DNA from: Christensenellaceae bacterium Phil7
Lineage (GTDB): Bacteria; Bacillota; Clostridia; Christensenellales; CAG-138
Direction of reading: 5' to 3'
NCBI GenBank assembly: GCA_001940845.1
Contig: MSGV01000001.1
Location: forward strand, 25,975 to 89,974
Length of the DNA: 64,000 bases
Shown: one piece after another, positions 17,616 through 26,871 of the stretch
How positions within the stretch are numbered: position 1 is the stretch's first letter
Layout: the number at the start of each line of letters is the position of its first letter
Position numbers and translations under genes: made by a program
Notes under the pieces: generated by a model
The model's input: the letters and a program-made list of their open reading frames with translations, nothing else
The model's database searches: none
Told to the model about the DNA's origin: nothing

Positions 17616-19978
17616 AGATCGCTATCGGCAACAGCCGAATGGACAAGAAGTGGAAAAACAAGGACATCTCCTGGGATGACCTCTGCGCCCGATGCGGCAG
17701 TACGATCCGCACCACCGAAACTGTGGAGGAATACCGCAAGCTGAAGAAAGGCTCCCAGGACTCCATCAAGGATGTGGGCGGTTTCGTTGGCGGCTTTCTC
17801 CGGGAAGGTCGCCGCAAAAATGGCACTGTGGCTTGCCGTTCCATGCTCACGCTGGATATGGACTATGGCAAACCGGGCATCTGGGATGAGGTCGACCTCC
17901 TCCATGACTTCAAGTGCTGTGTCTACTCCACCCATAAACATACCCCGGAGAATCCCCGGCTGCGGATGATCATTCCGCTGTCCCGTGAGGTCTCCGAGGA
18001 GGAATATCCGGCAGTCGCCAGGATGGTGGCAAAGGAAATCGGCATCGACCTTTTCGATGACACCACCTATGAAGCCTGCCGCCTGATGTACTGGCCTTCC
18101 ACCTCTGCCAACGGCGAATTTTTCTACCAGGTCAAGGACGGCGTGGAACTTGACCCCGATGCCTACCTTGCCAAATACGATGATTGGCACGATGTCTCCA
18201 CCTGGCCGGTGTCCAGCCGCCAGTCCGAGGCCGTGCGCCGGAGCATCTCCCAGCAGGCTGACCCTTTGACAAAACCCGGCGTGGTGGGTGCGTTCTGCCG
18301 TGCTTACACCATCGAAGATGCCATCGATTCGTTCCTCACTGATGTCTATGCGCCTTCCGCTATGAATGGACGATACGATTACATCCCTGCGGACAGCAGC
18401 GCAGGCGTTGTGGTCTATGATGGCAAGTTTGCCTACAGCCATCACGCCACCGACCCGGTCTGTGGTAAGTTGCTGAACGCTTTTGACCTGGTGCGCCTGC
18501 ATCGTTTCCGTGACCAGGACGAGAACTGCGCTCTGGACACTCCCGTGGGCAAGCTGCCCTCATTCAAGGCCATGACGGACTTCGCCCTCCAGGATGATCG
18601 GGTCAAGGCAGTATTTGCCGAGGAGCGGCAAGCCCAGGCCAGCCAGGAATTTGAGGATGAGGACTGGCAGAATGCGCTGGAATTGGACAAGGCCGGCAAT
18701 GTCAAAGACACGCTGACCAACATCTGCACCATCCTCCGCTGTGACCCAAATCTCAAAGGCATCGTATTTAATCAGTTCAAAAGTATGCTGGATGTGGTGG
18801 AGCGGCTGCCGTGGCCCCAAGTCAAACCGGGTTGGAGCGACACCGATGTGGCGTGTGCCAAGCTGTACTTTGAAAAGACCTACGGCATTTGGTCGCCCAC
18901 CAAATTCAAGGATGCGTTGCTGGCGGTGACTTCTTCCGAGCGGCTCTACCACCCGGTGAAGGAGTATCTGGCGGGGCTTCAATGGGACGGAACGCCCAGA
19001 CTGGACACCCTGCTTATCGACTATCTGGGTGCAGACGATACGCCCTATGTCCGGGCGGTCACTCGCAAAACGCTGGTCGCTGCCGTAGCCCGTATCTACC
19101 GCCCCGGCGTGAAGTTCGACTCCATCCTCGTTCTGAACGGTGAGCAAGGCATGGGCAAATCCACGCTGTTTGCCCTGCTGGGCAAGGAGTGGTTCTCCGA
19201 TTCGCTGTCCATCTCTGACATGAAGGACAAGACCGCCCCGGAAAAGTTGCAGGGCTATTGGCTCCTGGAACTGTCCGAGCTTAACGGGATCAAGAAGATG
19301 GATGTGGAAGTCGTGAAATCCTTTATTACACGAACGGACGATAAATACCGCCAAGCCTATGGCACTACCGTGGAGAGCCACCCCCGTTCCTGCATCATCG
19401 TTGGCACCACCAACAGTGAGGGTGGTTTCCTCCGGGACATCACTGGCAACCGCCGTTTCTGGCCTGTGAATGTGACGGGCTGCGGAAAGTACCACCCCTG
19501 GGAACTGACCGATGTAGACCAGGTCTGGGCCGAAGCCATCGAATATTTTAATCGTGGTGAAGAACTGTTCCTCAAAGGCGACATCGCCGCCGAAGCCTAC
19601 AGCCAGCAGCGTGAAGCTATGGAAACGGATGCCCGTGAAGGAATCGTGCTGGAGTACCTCGACCGTCTGCTGCCGGAGGGCTGGGACAAGATGGACTTGT
19701 TTGAACGCCGCACCTTTTTGGACGGCTCCGAATTTGGAGGTACACGCCCGGAGGGTACCATTCGCCGTACCCGTGTCTGCGCGATGGAGATTTGGTGCGA
19801 GTGTTTTGGCAAGACCAGGGAGAGTCTCAAAAAGGCCGATGCCTACGAGATCGAGGGCATCCTCTACAAGCTGGGCGGCTGGAAGAAATACAGCGGCAAT
19901 GCCCAGAGCAAACTCCGGCTACCCGGATATGGGGTACAAAAAACCTATGTCCGTGTTGCCGAGAATCCGCACCGTTAA
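17612..19978 (+). CDS. Primase/helicase, VirE / P4-D5 type
   Basis: The N-terminal primase-like region has LTLDMDYG. A central P-loop LVLNGEQGMGKSTLF is followed by Walker B YWLLELSEL. ATG 17612 follows AGGAGG. Confidence 0.85.
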   Translation: MKIAIGNSRMDKKWKNKDISWDDLCARCGSTIRTTETVEEYRKLKKGSQDSIKDVGGFVGGFLREGRRKNGTVACRSMLTLDMDYGKPGIWDEVDLLHDFKCCVYSTHKHTPENPRLRMIIPLSREVSEEEYPAVARMVAKEIGIDLFDDTTYEACRLMYWPSTSANGEFFYQVKDGVELDPDAYLAKYDDWHDVSTWPVSSRQSEAVRRSISQQADPLTKPGVVGAFCRAYTIEDAIDSFLTDVYAPSAMNGRYDYIPADSSAGVVVYDGKFAYSHHATDPVCGKLLNAFDLVRLHRFRDQDENCALDTPVGKLPSFKAMTDFALQDDRVKAVFAEERQAQASQEFEDEDWQNALELDKAGNVKDTLTNICTILRCDPNLKGIVFNQFKSMLDVVERLPWPQVKPGWSDTDVACAKLYFEKTYGIWSPTKFKDALLAVTSSERLYHPVKEYLAGLQWDGTPRLDTLLIDYLGADDTPYVRAVTRKTLVAAVARIYRPGVKFDSILVLNGEQGMGKSTLFALLGKEWFSDSLSISDMKDKTAPEKLQGYWLLELSELNGIKKMDVEVVKSFITRTDDKYRQAYGTTVESHPRSCIIVGTTNSEGGFLRDITGNRRFWPVNVTGCGKYHPWELTDVDQVWAEAIEYFNRGEELFLKGDIAAEAYSQQREAMETDAREGIVLEYLDRLLPEGWDKMDLFERRTFLDGSEFGGTRPEGTIRRTRVCAMEIWCECFGKTRESLKKADAYEIEGILYKLGGWKKYSGNAQSKLRLPGYGVQKTYVRVAENPHR

Positions 19979-19987
19979 CGCCACTGT

Positions 19988-20195
19988 GTTGCCGGAGGTT
20001 GCCGATAGGCTCTCTCCGTAACGCCACTATTAACACCACAAGCCCCCGCCGTTAGGCAACTTTTGTAGGGTGTTGCCAGTGTTGCCGATTGCCTTATTAA
20101 AGGTTATGGGTAAAGGAAAAAGGGGTTCATCGTAACGCATATACGCACACGCGGGAGAAAAGGTTGGGCATCCTTCGGCAACAGACATCGGCAAC
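19988..20195. repeat. Array of GTTGCC(GA)/(TC)GGCAAC motifs, a candidate origin or operator cluster
   Basis: Forward copies at 19988, 19998, 20072 and 20081. Inverted copies at 20055, 20175 and 20188. They flank an AT-richer core between the primase and VRR-NUC genes. Confidence 0.6.
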
Positions 20196-20206
20196 AAGGA
20201 GAATGC

Positions 20207-20488
20207 ATGAGAGAAAAAACCGTAGAAGCAAAGCTGGTCACCGCCGCAAGATCAATGGGCGGTCTGGCTCTGAAATTTACAAGCCCAGGGTTTGATGGAG
20301 TGCCGGACAGACTGGTTCTCCTCCCCAATGGGAAAATGGCCTTCATTGAACTAAAGGCACCGGGGAAAAAACTGCGCCCCCTCCAAGTACGGCGAAAAAG
20401 GCAGTTAGAAGCACTTGGCTTTTCAGTGTACTGCATTGACAGGCCAGAACAGATCGGAGGGATACTGAATGAAATACAAACCCCATGA
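20207..20488 (+). CDS. VRR-NUC domain nuclease
   Basis: 93 aa with GVPDRLVLLPNGKMAFIELKAPGKKLRPLQ. Confidence 0.85.
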   Translation: MREKTVEAKLVTAARSMGGLALKFTSPGFDGVPDRLVLLPNGKMAFIELKAPGKKLRPLQVRRKRQLEALGFSVYCIDRPEQIGGILNEIQTP

Positions 20489-21842
20489 TTACCAGGTCTA
20501 TGCCACCAACTTCATTCTGGAGCATCCCACAGCGGCGGTGTTCCTGGACATGGGTCTTGGCAAAAGCATCATTACGCTGTCGGCCATCTTTGACCTCTGC
20601 CTGGATTCCTTCCTGATTCGCAAGGTGCTGGTCATCGCTCCGCTGCGAGTTGCCAGAGACACCTGGCCGGCAGAGATCACCAAATGGGATCATCTGCATG
20701 GGCTGTCCTACTCGGTAGCGGTCGGCAGCGAAACCGAGCGCAAAGCCGCCCTCTGCCAAAGGGCATCCGTGTACATCATCAACCGGGAAAATGTCCAGTG
20801 GCTCATCGAGGAAAGCGGCATTCCCTTTGACTACGACATGGTGGTCATCGATGAACTGTCCTCCTTCAAGTCCTACCAGGCAAAGCGGTTCCGCAGTCTG
20901 CTCAAGGTTCGCCCCTCGGTAAAGCGGATCGTGGGTCTGACCGGGACCCCCTCCAGCAATGGGCTGATGGACTTGTGGGCAGAATTCCGCATCCTGGACA
21001 TGGGCAAACGCCTGGGTCGTTACATCACCCATTACCGAAATGCCTACTTCCAGCCGGACAAGCGAAACGGACAAGTGGTGTTCTCCTATAAGCCGCTCCC
21101 CGGCGCAGAGGATGCCATTTACGAAAAAATCTCCGACATCACCATTTCCATGAAAGCCGCTGACCACCTCCAAATGCCGGAGTGCATTTATAACGAGGTC
21201 AAGGTCGACCTTTCCGAGAAGGAACGCAGGGTCTACGACTCCATGAAGCGTGACCTGGTGGTTTCGCTTGGTGGTGAGGAAATCGATGCCGGGAATGCCG
21301 CCGCGCTGGGCAACAAGCTGTCCCAGATGGCAAACGGTGCTGTCTATGGCGAGGACAAGCGAGTGTTCTCCATCCACGACAAAAAGCTGGATGCTCTGGA
21401 GGACTTGATCGAAGCTGCCAACGGGAAACCCGTGCTGGTCGCCTACTGGTTCAAGCACGATCTGGAGCGGATCGGGCAACGGCTACGCAAGCTCCACATC
21501 CCGTTCTCCACGATGGACACATCCGAGAGCATCGCCAGATGGAATCGTGGTGAACTGCCTGTTGCCCTCATCCATCCGGCCTCTGCCGGACATGGGCTGA
21601 ACATTCAGTCCGGCGGTTCGACCCTTGTGTGGTTCGGGCTGACCTGGTCGCTGGAACTGTACCAGCAGACCAACGCCCGACTCTGGCGGCAAGGCCAGAC
21701 CGCAGAAACCGTGGTCATTCACCATATCATCGTGAAAAACACCATTGACGAGCGGATCATGGCCGCTCTGCACAGAAAAGACAAAACACAATCCGCTCTT
21801 ATCGAGGCGGTCAAGGCCAATTTGGAGGTGCCGAGAATATGA
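20469..21842 (+). CDS. SNF2-family helicase
   Basis: LDMGLGKS (motif I), VVIDELSSFK (motif II), LTGTP, and the C-terminal helicase motif QTNARLWRQGQ. Confidence 0.9.
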   Translation: MKYKPHDYQVYATNFILEHPTAAVFLDMGLGKSIITLSAIFDLCLDSFLIRKVLVIAPLRVARDTWPAEITKWDHLHGLSYSVAVGSETERKAALCQRASVYIINRENVQWLIEESGIPFDYDMVVIDELSSFKSYQAKRFRSLLKVRPSVKRIVGLTGTPSSNGLMDLWAEFRILDMGKRLGRYITHYRNAYFQPDKRNGQVVFSYKPLPGAEDAIYEKISDITISMKAADHLQMPECIYNEVKVDLSEKERRVYDSMKRDLVVSLGGEEIDAGNAAALGNKLSQMANGAVYGEDKRVFSIHDKKLDALEDLIEAANGKPVLVAYWFKHDLERIGQRLRKLHIPFSTMDTSESIARWNRGELPVALIHPASAGHGLNIQSGGSTLVWFGLTWSLELYQQTNARLWRQGQTAETVVIHHIIVKNTIDERIMAALHRKDKTQSALIEAVKANLEVPRI

Positions 21843-22057
21843 ACCCTTATGAAAATCTGGCAAATGCCATCATCGTGCTGGCGGTCAAGGATTACCGCAC
21901 GGCACTTCGCAGATGTGCGAAATTTCCCCATAGCCACGAATATGCCCAGGAGCGTGATTCCCTGGAACGCTTTTTTCGCTCCGGCTGGTTCGGGATTCTG
22001 ACCTCTCTGGACGGAGAGGTGCTTATGAGCAAGATCAAGCAGGAGGTGGCGGCATGA
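21839..22057 (+). CDS. Hypothetical phage protein
   Basis: 72-aa ORF, translationally coupled at both ends by ATGA overlaps. Confidence 0.5.
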   Translation: MNPYENLANAIIVLAVKDYRTALRRCAKFPHSHEYAQERDSLERFFRSGWFGILTSLDGEVLMSKIKQEVAA

Positions 22058-22470
22058 CGGCAAAGGACTACCTCTCCCAAGCATACCGCCTCGACCAGCG
22101 GATCGATGCGAAAATCGCCCAAGTCGCCTCCCTCAATGAACTGGCGACGAAGTGTACCGCCACTTTGACCGGGATGCCCAGAAACCCCAATCGGGGCGGT
22201 TCCTCTATGGCCGATGCCATCGCCAAGATCATCGACCTGCAGACCGAGATCAACCGGGACATCGACTGCCTGGTGGACTTGAAGCGTGAGATCGTCCAGG
22301 TCATCAAGGGCGTGGAGAACACCGAGTACCAGACACTCCTGGAAAAGCGGTATCTGTGTTTCCTCACCTGGGAGCAGATCGCCGTGGACATGGGCTACAA
22401 TGTCCGCCACCTCTACCGCCTCCATGACGAGGCTCTGGAAAAAGTGACAGTCCCTGCATCCTGTCACTGA
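22054..22470 (+). CDS. ArpU/DUF1492-like (sigma region-4-like) late-gene regulator
   Basis: YQTLLEKRYLCFLTWEQIAVDMGYNVRHLYRLHDEALEKV. It sits immediately upstream of the packaging genes. Confidence 0.65.
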   Translation: MTAKDYLSQAYRLDQRIDAKIAQVASLNELATKCTATLTGMPRNPNRGGSSMADAIAKIIDLQTEINRDIDCLVDLKREIVQVIKGVENTEYQTLLEKRYLCFLTWEQIAVDMGYNVRHLYRLHDEALEKVTVPASCH

Positions 22471-22512
22471 ATGTCACTACAAGTCACCCCATCCTTTATG
22501 GTATGATATAAT
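22463..22512 (+). promoter_or_regulatory. Three GTCAC(T) direct repeats at 10-nt spacing plus an extended -10 (TGATATAAT)
   Basis: GTCACT at 22463 and 22473, GTCACC at 22483, and TGATATAAT at 22504-22512. Confidence 0.45.
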
Positions 22513-22534
22513 CAGCGGAACAGAATAAAGGACA

Positions 22535-22569
22535 GCCTCATGGGAGCGATCCCGTGAGGCTTTTCTTTT
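22535..22569 (+). terminator. Strong Rho-independent terminator
   Basis: GCCTCATGGGA-gcga-TCCCGTGAGGC forms an 11-bp stem, followed by TTTTCTTTT. Confidence 0.8.
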
Positions 22570-22678
22570 GCCCGGAAAGGAGTGGTTCACATGGGCTACC
22601 GTAAGGTTGGCTACCTGGAACAGCTCTACTATGTTTTGAAATACAAGCTGGGTCGGCTATTCCGTAGGAGGTGAAGTG

Positions 22679-23032
22679 ATGCCGAAGAAACCCAAACGCC
22701 CCTGTTCTTATCCCGGATGCCCTCGGCTGACCGAAGGACGGTTCTGTGAGGAACACGCAAAGGTCGAAGCCAAGCGATACGAGAAGTACGACCGTGACCC
22801 GGCTGTACGCCGTAGGTACGGCAGAGCGTGGAAACGCATCCGTGACAGCTATGTCCAGCAGCACCCCGTGTGCGAACTGTGCCTGAGCAAGGGAATCCTC
22901 GTGCCAACTGAGGAAGTACACCACAAGGTACCCCTTTCGGAAGGCGGCACCCACAGCAGAGATAATTTGATCTCTCTGTGTAAATCCTGCCATGCCAGAA
23001 TCCATGCGGAACGAGGTGACCGCTGGGGATAA
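22679..23032 (+). CDS. HNH endonuclease (packaging-associated)
   Basis: CELC...EVHHKVPLSEGG...DNLISLCKSCHARIH. ATG 22679 follows AGGAGG. Confidence 0.9.
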   Translation: MPKKPKRPCSYPGCPRLTEGRFCEEHAKVEAKRYEKYDRDPAVRRRYGRAWKRIRDSYVQQHPVCELCLSKGILVPTEEVHHKVPLSEGGTHSRDNLISLCKSCHARIHAERGDRWG

Positions 23033-23037
23033 AAAAA

Positions 23038-23063
23038 ACTGCCGTCACATTTATGGCGGCAGT
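23038..23063. terminator. Bidirectional terminator between the convergent HNH and PIN genes
   Basis: ACTGCCG-N12-CGGCAGT, with an A-run upstream and a T-rich tract downstream. Confidence 0.55.
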
Positions 23064-23069
23064 ATCTGT

Positions 23070-23477
23070 TCATTTTTTCAAAAAGTCGGTAGGCGTGATG
23101 GCCTGCACGGATGACCCCGCAAAATCCTTTATATTCCGGGTTACGATGTAGCTGGCTCCGTTCCGTTCCGCTACAGCGTCCACGACTGCATCTTCAAAAT
23201 CAGGCATGGAGCGCATGAGCGCTGTATGGATATCCACGCCCTGCACATCGGCAAAGGTGATGAGTTGCGAGAGCTGTTCAATATGTCCTTTTGCTTTTTC
23301 GGACGATTGGAGCGCTTTCCGCAGCACATAAAAAATATCGGTGGCAGCAGTGGCAGAGATCAGGCAGTCCGATTCCGCTTCGATTGCTTTTCGCAATGCC
23401 TTGTAAGAGTCTGCGAAGAACGGCTCCCGCTTTTGAAGGATGTCCAGAATGACATTGGTGTCCAATACGATGGTCAT
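23070..23477 (-). CDS. PIN-domain toxin (VapC-like)
   Basis: MTIVLDTNVILD...ATDIFYV...FEDAVV...IVTRN, with acidic residues in the PIN pattern. Confidence 0.85.
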   Translation of the reverse strand: MTIVLDTNVILDILQKREPFFADSYKALRKAIEAESDCLISATAATDIFYVLRKALQSSEKAKGHIEQLSQLITFADVQGVDIHTALMRSMPDFEDAVVDAVAERNGASYIVTRNIKDFAGSSVQAITPTDFLKK

Positions 23478-23692
23478 TGTCTGCTCAGACGCTCCTCTCT
23501 TGCGGTTTTCTCATCGTCCGCGCTGGCAGGCACAACACCCACAAGTCCGTCCAGCAGCTCCAGTTTATTCACTTGGGGGCTGGTGACACGGGCGATGCTC
23601 TTTCCGTTTTTAGTGATGAAGATGTCCTGAATGGCGGCAAGTTCCAAGTACTTGCCCAAGTTGGTCTTAAATTCAGTTGCAGTAACGATCAT
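23474..23692 (-). CDS. Phd/YefM-type antitoxin
   Basis: MIVTATEFKTNLGKYLELAAIQDIFITKNGKSIARV. Overlaps the PIN gene by 4 nt. Confidence 0.8.
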   Translation of the reverse strand: MIVTATEFKTNLGKYLELAAIQDIFITKNGKSIARVTSPQVNKLELLDGLVGVVPASADDEKTAREERLSRQ

Positions 23693-23735
23693 GGCAATTC
23701 TCCTTTCTCAGATCAGTATGCTCCTCTTCACTTAT

Positions 23736-23792
23736 ATTATACGCAAATCGAACGAGTTTGTCAATAGTTTTCGTTCGATTTATATCGAACGA
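23736..23792 (-). promoter_or_regulatory. Consensus sigma-70 promoter of the TA operon with three ATCGAACGA operator repeats
   Basis: The minus strand reads TTGACA (23764-23759), a 17-nt spacer, then TATAAT (23741-23736). ATCGAACGA occurs at 23747 and 23784, with the inverted copy TCGTTCGAT at 23771. Confidence 0.7.
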
Positions 23793-23907
23793 TTTTATGG
23801 GGAGGGGCGGCGAAAATCTCTGTGCGAAATAAATCGGGCAACGGGCCTGGGGTCACGTGCGCGAAAATCAGAAATCAAAGGGGGTATTAACCCAGGAGGT
23901 GAATCAA

Positions 23908-24447
23908 ATGGCGAAGGACGGGACCGCACGAGGCGGTTCGAGGGTCGGAGCAGGCAGAAAACCGAAGGCTCTGGCCGATAAAATCACAGACGGCAAGCTG
24001 GGCGGTGCGATGGTGCTTCCGGCTCCGGCAGAGATCGCTGGCGCGGATGTCCCGCCCGTCAAAGATTTTCTCAAAGCCAAACAGAAAAACGGCAAAGACC
24101 TCTGTGCCGAGGAGGTCTACCATGACACCTACGCTTGGCTCAAGGCTCGCGGCTGCGAACAGTTAGTAAACAACCAGCTTATCGAGCAGTACGCCATGAG
24201 TGTTAGCCGATGGATTCAGTGCGAGGAGTGCATTTCTGAATATGGCTTCCTCGCAAAGCATCCAACCACAGGCAATGCCATCGCTTCTCCGTATGTGGCG
24301 ATGAGCCAGACCTACATGAAGCAGGTCAACCAGGTTTGGTATCAGATCTACCAAATCGTCAAGGAAAACTGTGCTGTGGAGTATGGCGGGTCCAGCCCAC
24401 AGGACGATCTCATGGAGCGGCTTCTCTCCGCTCGGAAAGGAAACTGA
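23908..24447 (+). CDS. terS: Terminase small subunit (P27 family-like)
   Basis: GGSRVGAGRKPK...YAMSVSRWIQCEE...ASPYVAM. ATG 23908 follows AGGAGG. Confidence 0.8.
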   Translation: MAKDGTARGGSRVGAGRKPKALADKITDGKLGGAMVLPAPAEIAGADVPPVKDFLKAKQKNGKDLCAEEVYHDTYAWLKARGCEQLVNNQLIEQYAMSVSRWIQCEECISEYGFLAKHPTTGNAIASPYVAMSQTYMKQVNQVWYQIYQIVKENCAVEYGGSSPQDDLMERLLSARKGN

Positions 24448-24448
24448 T

Positions 24449-25615
24449 ATGATGAAATACAAAACTGCCGAAAGTGTGTGCAAGGGTCACCCCGACAAGC
24501 TCTGCGACCTCATTGCGGATGCCATCCTGGATGCCTGCCTGGAAAAAGATCGTTCTTCCCGTGTCGCTTGTGAAGTAATGGCGACTAAGGGGAAGATTTT
24601 TGTTTGCGGCGAGATCACCTGCGCTGGCCGGGTCGACATCCGTGCGGTGGTTCGGGATACGCTCCGCAAGGTGGGCTATAACCCGCTGGGTTATCTGATC
24701 TTCGTGTATGTCCACCGCCAGAGTCCCGATATTGCTGGCGGCGTGGATCATGCGCTGGAAAGTCGCAACGGCGAGGTCGAGGACATTTTCGGCTCGGTCG
24801 GTGCTGGCGACCAGGGCACCGTGTACGGCTATGCCACCAGGGAGACCTGGATGCGCCAGCCGCTCCCCGTGGTCATCACCAATGAAATCTGCAAACGCCT
24901 GGACGATGCCATGCACGATGGCACGATCCGTGGTATCGGCCCCGATGGCAAGGCCCAGGTGACCGTTGCCTACAAGGACGGCAAGCCCGTGGCGGTGAAG
25001 AACATCATCGTTTCGGTTCAGCACAAGGCCGACAAGGATTTAGAGACTCTGCGCCGGGAGGTCATCACCGAAATCCTCTATCCGCTACTCGACCACCACA
25101 AGATGGGCAAGGATGTGGAAATCCTCATCAATCCCTCCGGGAGATTCGTCAAGGGTGGCCCTGCCGCTGATACGGGTCTGACCGGGCGTAAGCTGATGGT
25201 CGACACCTATGGTGGCCTCGCTGCCCACGGCGGCGGTGCGTTTTCGGGCAAAGACCCCAGCAAGGTTGACCGTAGCGGTGCGTACATGGCGAGGGCCGTT
25301 GCCCGAAACGTGGTCGGTGCTTATCTGGCCGAGGAGTGCCAGGTGGCGATCTCCTACGCCATTGGCAAAGCCGAGCCGACCGCCGTGGAGATCGAGACTT
25401 TCGGAACGGCGAGGGTGGATGAGGAGATCATCCGCAAGGCCGTCCTGGATGTGTTCGACCTCCGGCCTGCCGCCATTATCTCTCTGCTACACCTCCGCAC
25501 CCCCAACTACACCGAAACCACTGCCTATGGTCATTTCAACGGATACAAGGGTAGCTGGGAGAATCTGGACAAGCAGGACGAACTGAGAAAGGCGGTGGCA
25601 AAGTATGCTGATTGA
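24449..25615 (+). CDS. metK: S-adenosylmethionine synthetase (phage-encoded)
   Basis: Motifs KGHPDKLCD, GAGDQG, GGPAADTGLTGRK and GGGAFSGKDPSKVDRS. Confidence 0.92.
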   Translation: MMKYKTAESVCKGHPDKLCDLIADAILDACLEKDRSSRVACEVMATKGKIFVCGEITCAGRVDIRAVVRDTLRKVGYNPLGYLIFVYVHRQSPDIAGGVDHALESRNGEVEDIFGSVGAGDQGTVYGYATRETWMRQPLPVVITNEICKRLDDAMHDGTIRGIGPDGKAQVTVAYKDGKPVAVKNIIVSVQHKADKDLETLRREVITEILYPLLDHHKMGKDVEILINPSGRFVKGGPAADTGLTGRKLMVDTYGGLAAHGGGAFSGKDPSKVDRSGAYMARAVARNVVGAYLAEECQVAISYAIGKAEPTAVEIETFGTARVDEEIIRKAVLDVFDLRPAAIISLLHLRTPNYTETTAYGHFNGYKGSWENLDKQDELRKAVAKYAD

Positions 25616-26861
25616 GCGCAAGTCCGTCACTGACCTTCTACCGGCAGACTACAATCCCCGGAAAGACCTGAAACCCGGCGACGCCGAATATGAAAAACTG
25701 AAATGCTCTCTGGAGCAGTTCGGCTATGTGGAGCCCGTCATCTGGAACAAGGTCACCGGGCGCGTGGTCGGCGGTCACCAGCGGCTCAAGGTTCTCATCG
25801 ACATGGGGATCACCGAAGTGGAGTGCGTTGTGGTGGAGATGGATGAGGAGAAAGAAAAAGCCCTCAATATCGCCCTCAACAAAATCTCCGGCGATTGGGA
25901 CAAGGATAAGCTGGCCCTGCTGATCTCCGACCTGCAGGGTTCTGACTTTGATGTGTCGCTGACTGGTTTCGACCCGGCTGAGATCGATGACCTTTTCAAA
26001 GACACCCTCAAGGACGGGGTCAAAGATGACGATTTCAATGTCACGGAGGAGATGGGCAAACCCACCCTCACGCACCCCGGCGATGTCTGGACATTGGGCC
26101 GCCACCGCCTGGTTTGCGGCGACAGCACCAAGCCTGAGACCTTCGCTCTGCTGATGGGCGACCGCAAAGCAAACCTGGTCATCACCGACCCTCCCTACAA
26201 TGTGAACTATGAAGGTTCTGCCGGGAAGATCAAGAACGACAACATGGCAGACGATGCCTTCTACAATTTTCTGCTTGCCGCATTCCAGAATACCGAGGCG
26301 GCAATGGCAGACGATGCCAGCATTTATGTGTTCCACGCCGATACCGAGGGGCTGAACTTCCGCAGGGCGTTTGCCGATGCCGGGTTCTATCTCTCCGGCA
26401 CCTGCATCTGGAAAAAGCAATCCCTGGTGCTGGGGCGCAGTCCTTACCAGTGGCAGCACGAGCCTGTGCTGTACGGCTGGAAGAAGAAAGGCAAGCACCA
26501 ATGGTACACCGGGCGCAAGGAGTCCACGATTTGGGAATTCGACAAGCCCAAGAAAAACGGCGACCACCCGACCATGAAGCCGATCCCACTCCTGGCGTAC
26601 CCCATTATGAATTCTTCCATGAGCAACTGCATGGTGCTGGACCCCTTCGGCGGCTCCGGCTCGACCCTCATCGCCTGCGAACAGACTGACCGCATCTGCT
26701 GCACCATCGAACTGGACGAGAAGTTCTGCGATGTCATCGTCAAGCGGTACATTGAGCAGGTGGGCAGCTCGGCGGCAGTGTCCGTCCAGCGAGATGGACT
26801 GACTTACTCCTTTGCCGAGGTCGAAGCCCAGGCAGAGGATGAGCAGATTCCGCTGTTCTAA
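25605..26861 (+). CDS. ParB-like nuclease domain fused to a beta-class N6-adenine/N4-cytosine DNA methyltransferase
   Basis: N-terminal ParB/Srx-like VVGGHQRL, motif IV DPPYNVNY, and C-terminal motif I VLDPFGGSGSTLIA. Confidence 0.88.
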   Translation: MLIERKSVTDLLPADYNPRKDLKPGDAEYEKLKCSLEQFGYVEPVIWNKVTGRVVGGHQRLKVLIDMGITEVECVVVEMDEEKEKALNIALNKISGDWDKDKLALLISDLQGSDFDVSLTGFDPAEIDDLFKDTLKDGVKDDDFNVTEEMGKPTLTHPGDVWTLGRHRLVCGDSTKPETFALLMGDRKANLVITDPPYNVNYEGSAGKIKNDNMADDAFYNFLLAAFQNTEAAMADDASIYVFHADTEGLNFRRAFADAGFYLSGTCIWKKQSLVLGRSPYQWQHEPVLYGWKKKGKHQWYTGRKESTIWEFDKPKKNGDHPTMKPIPLLAYPIMNSSMSNCMVLDPFGGSGSTLIACEQTDRICCTIELDEKFCDVIVKRYIEQVGSSAAVSVQRDGLTYSFAEVEAQAEDEQIPLF

Positions 26862-26871
26862 GGAGGAACCC

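Noticed and set aside
22591-22674. 27-aa ORF (MGYRKVGYLEQLYYVLKYKLGRLFRRR) with a possible SD, lying between the terminator and the HNH gene
   Set aside because: It is too short to support from sequence alone. It may be real, but there is no independent evidence.
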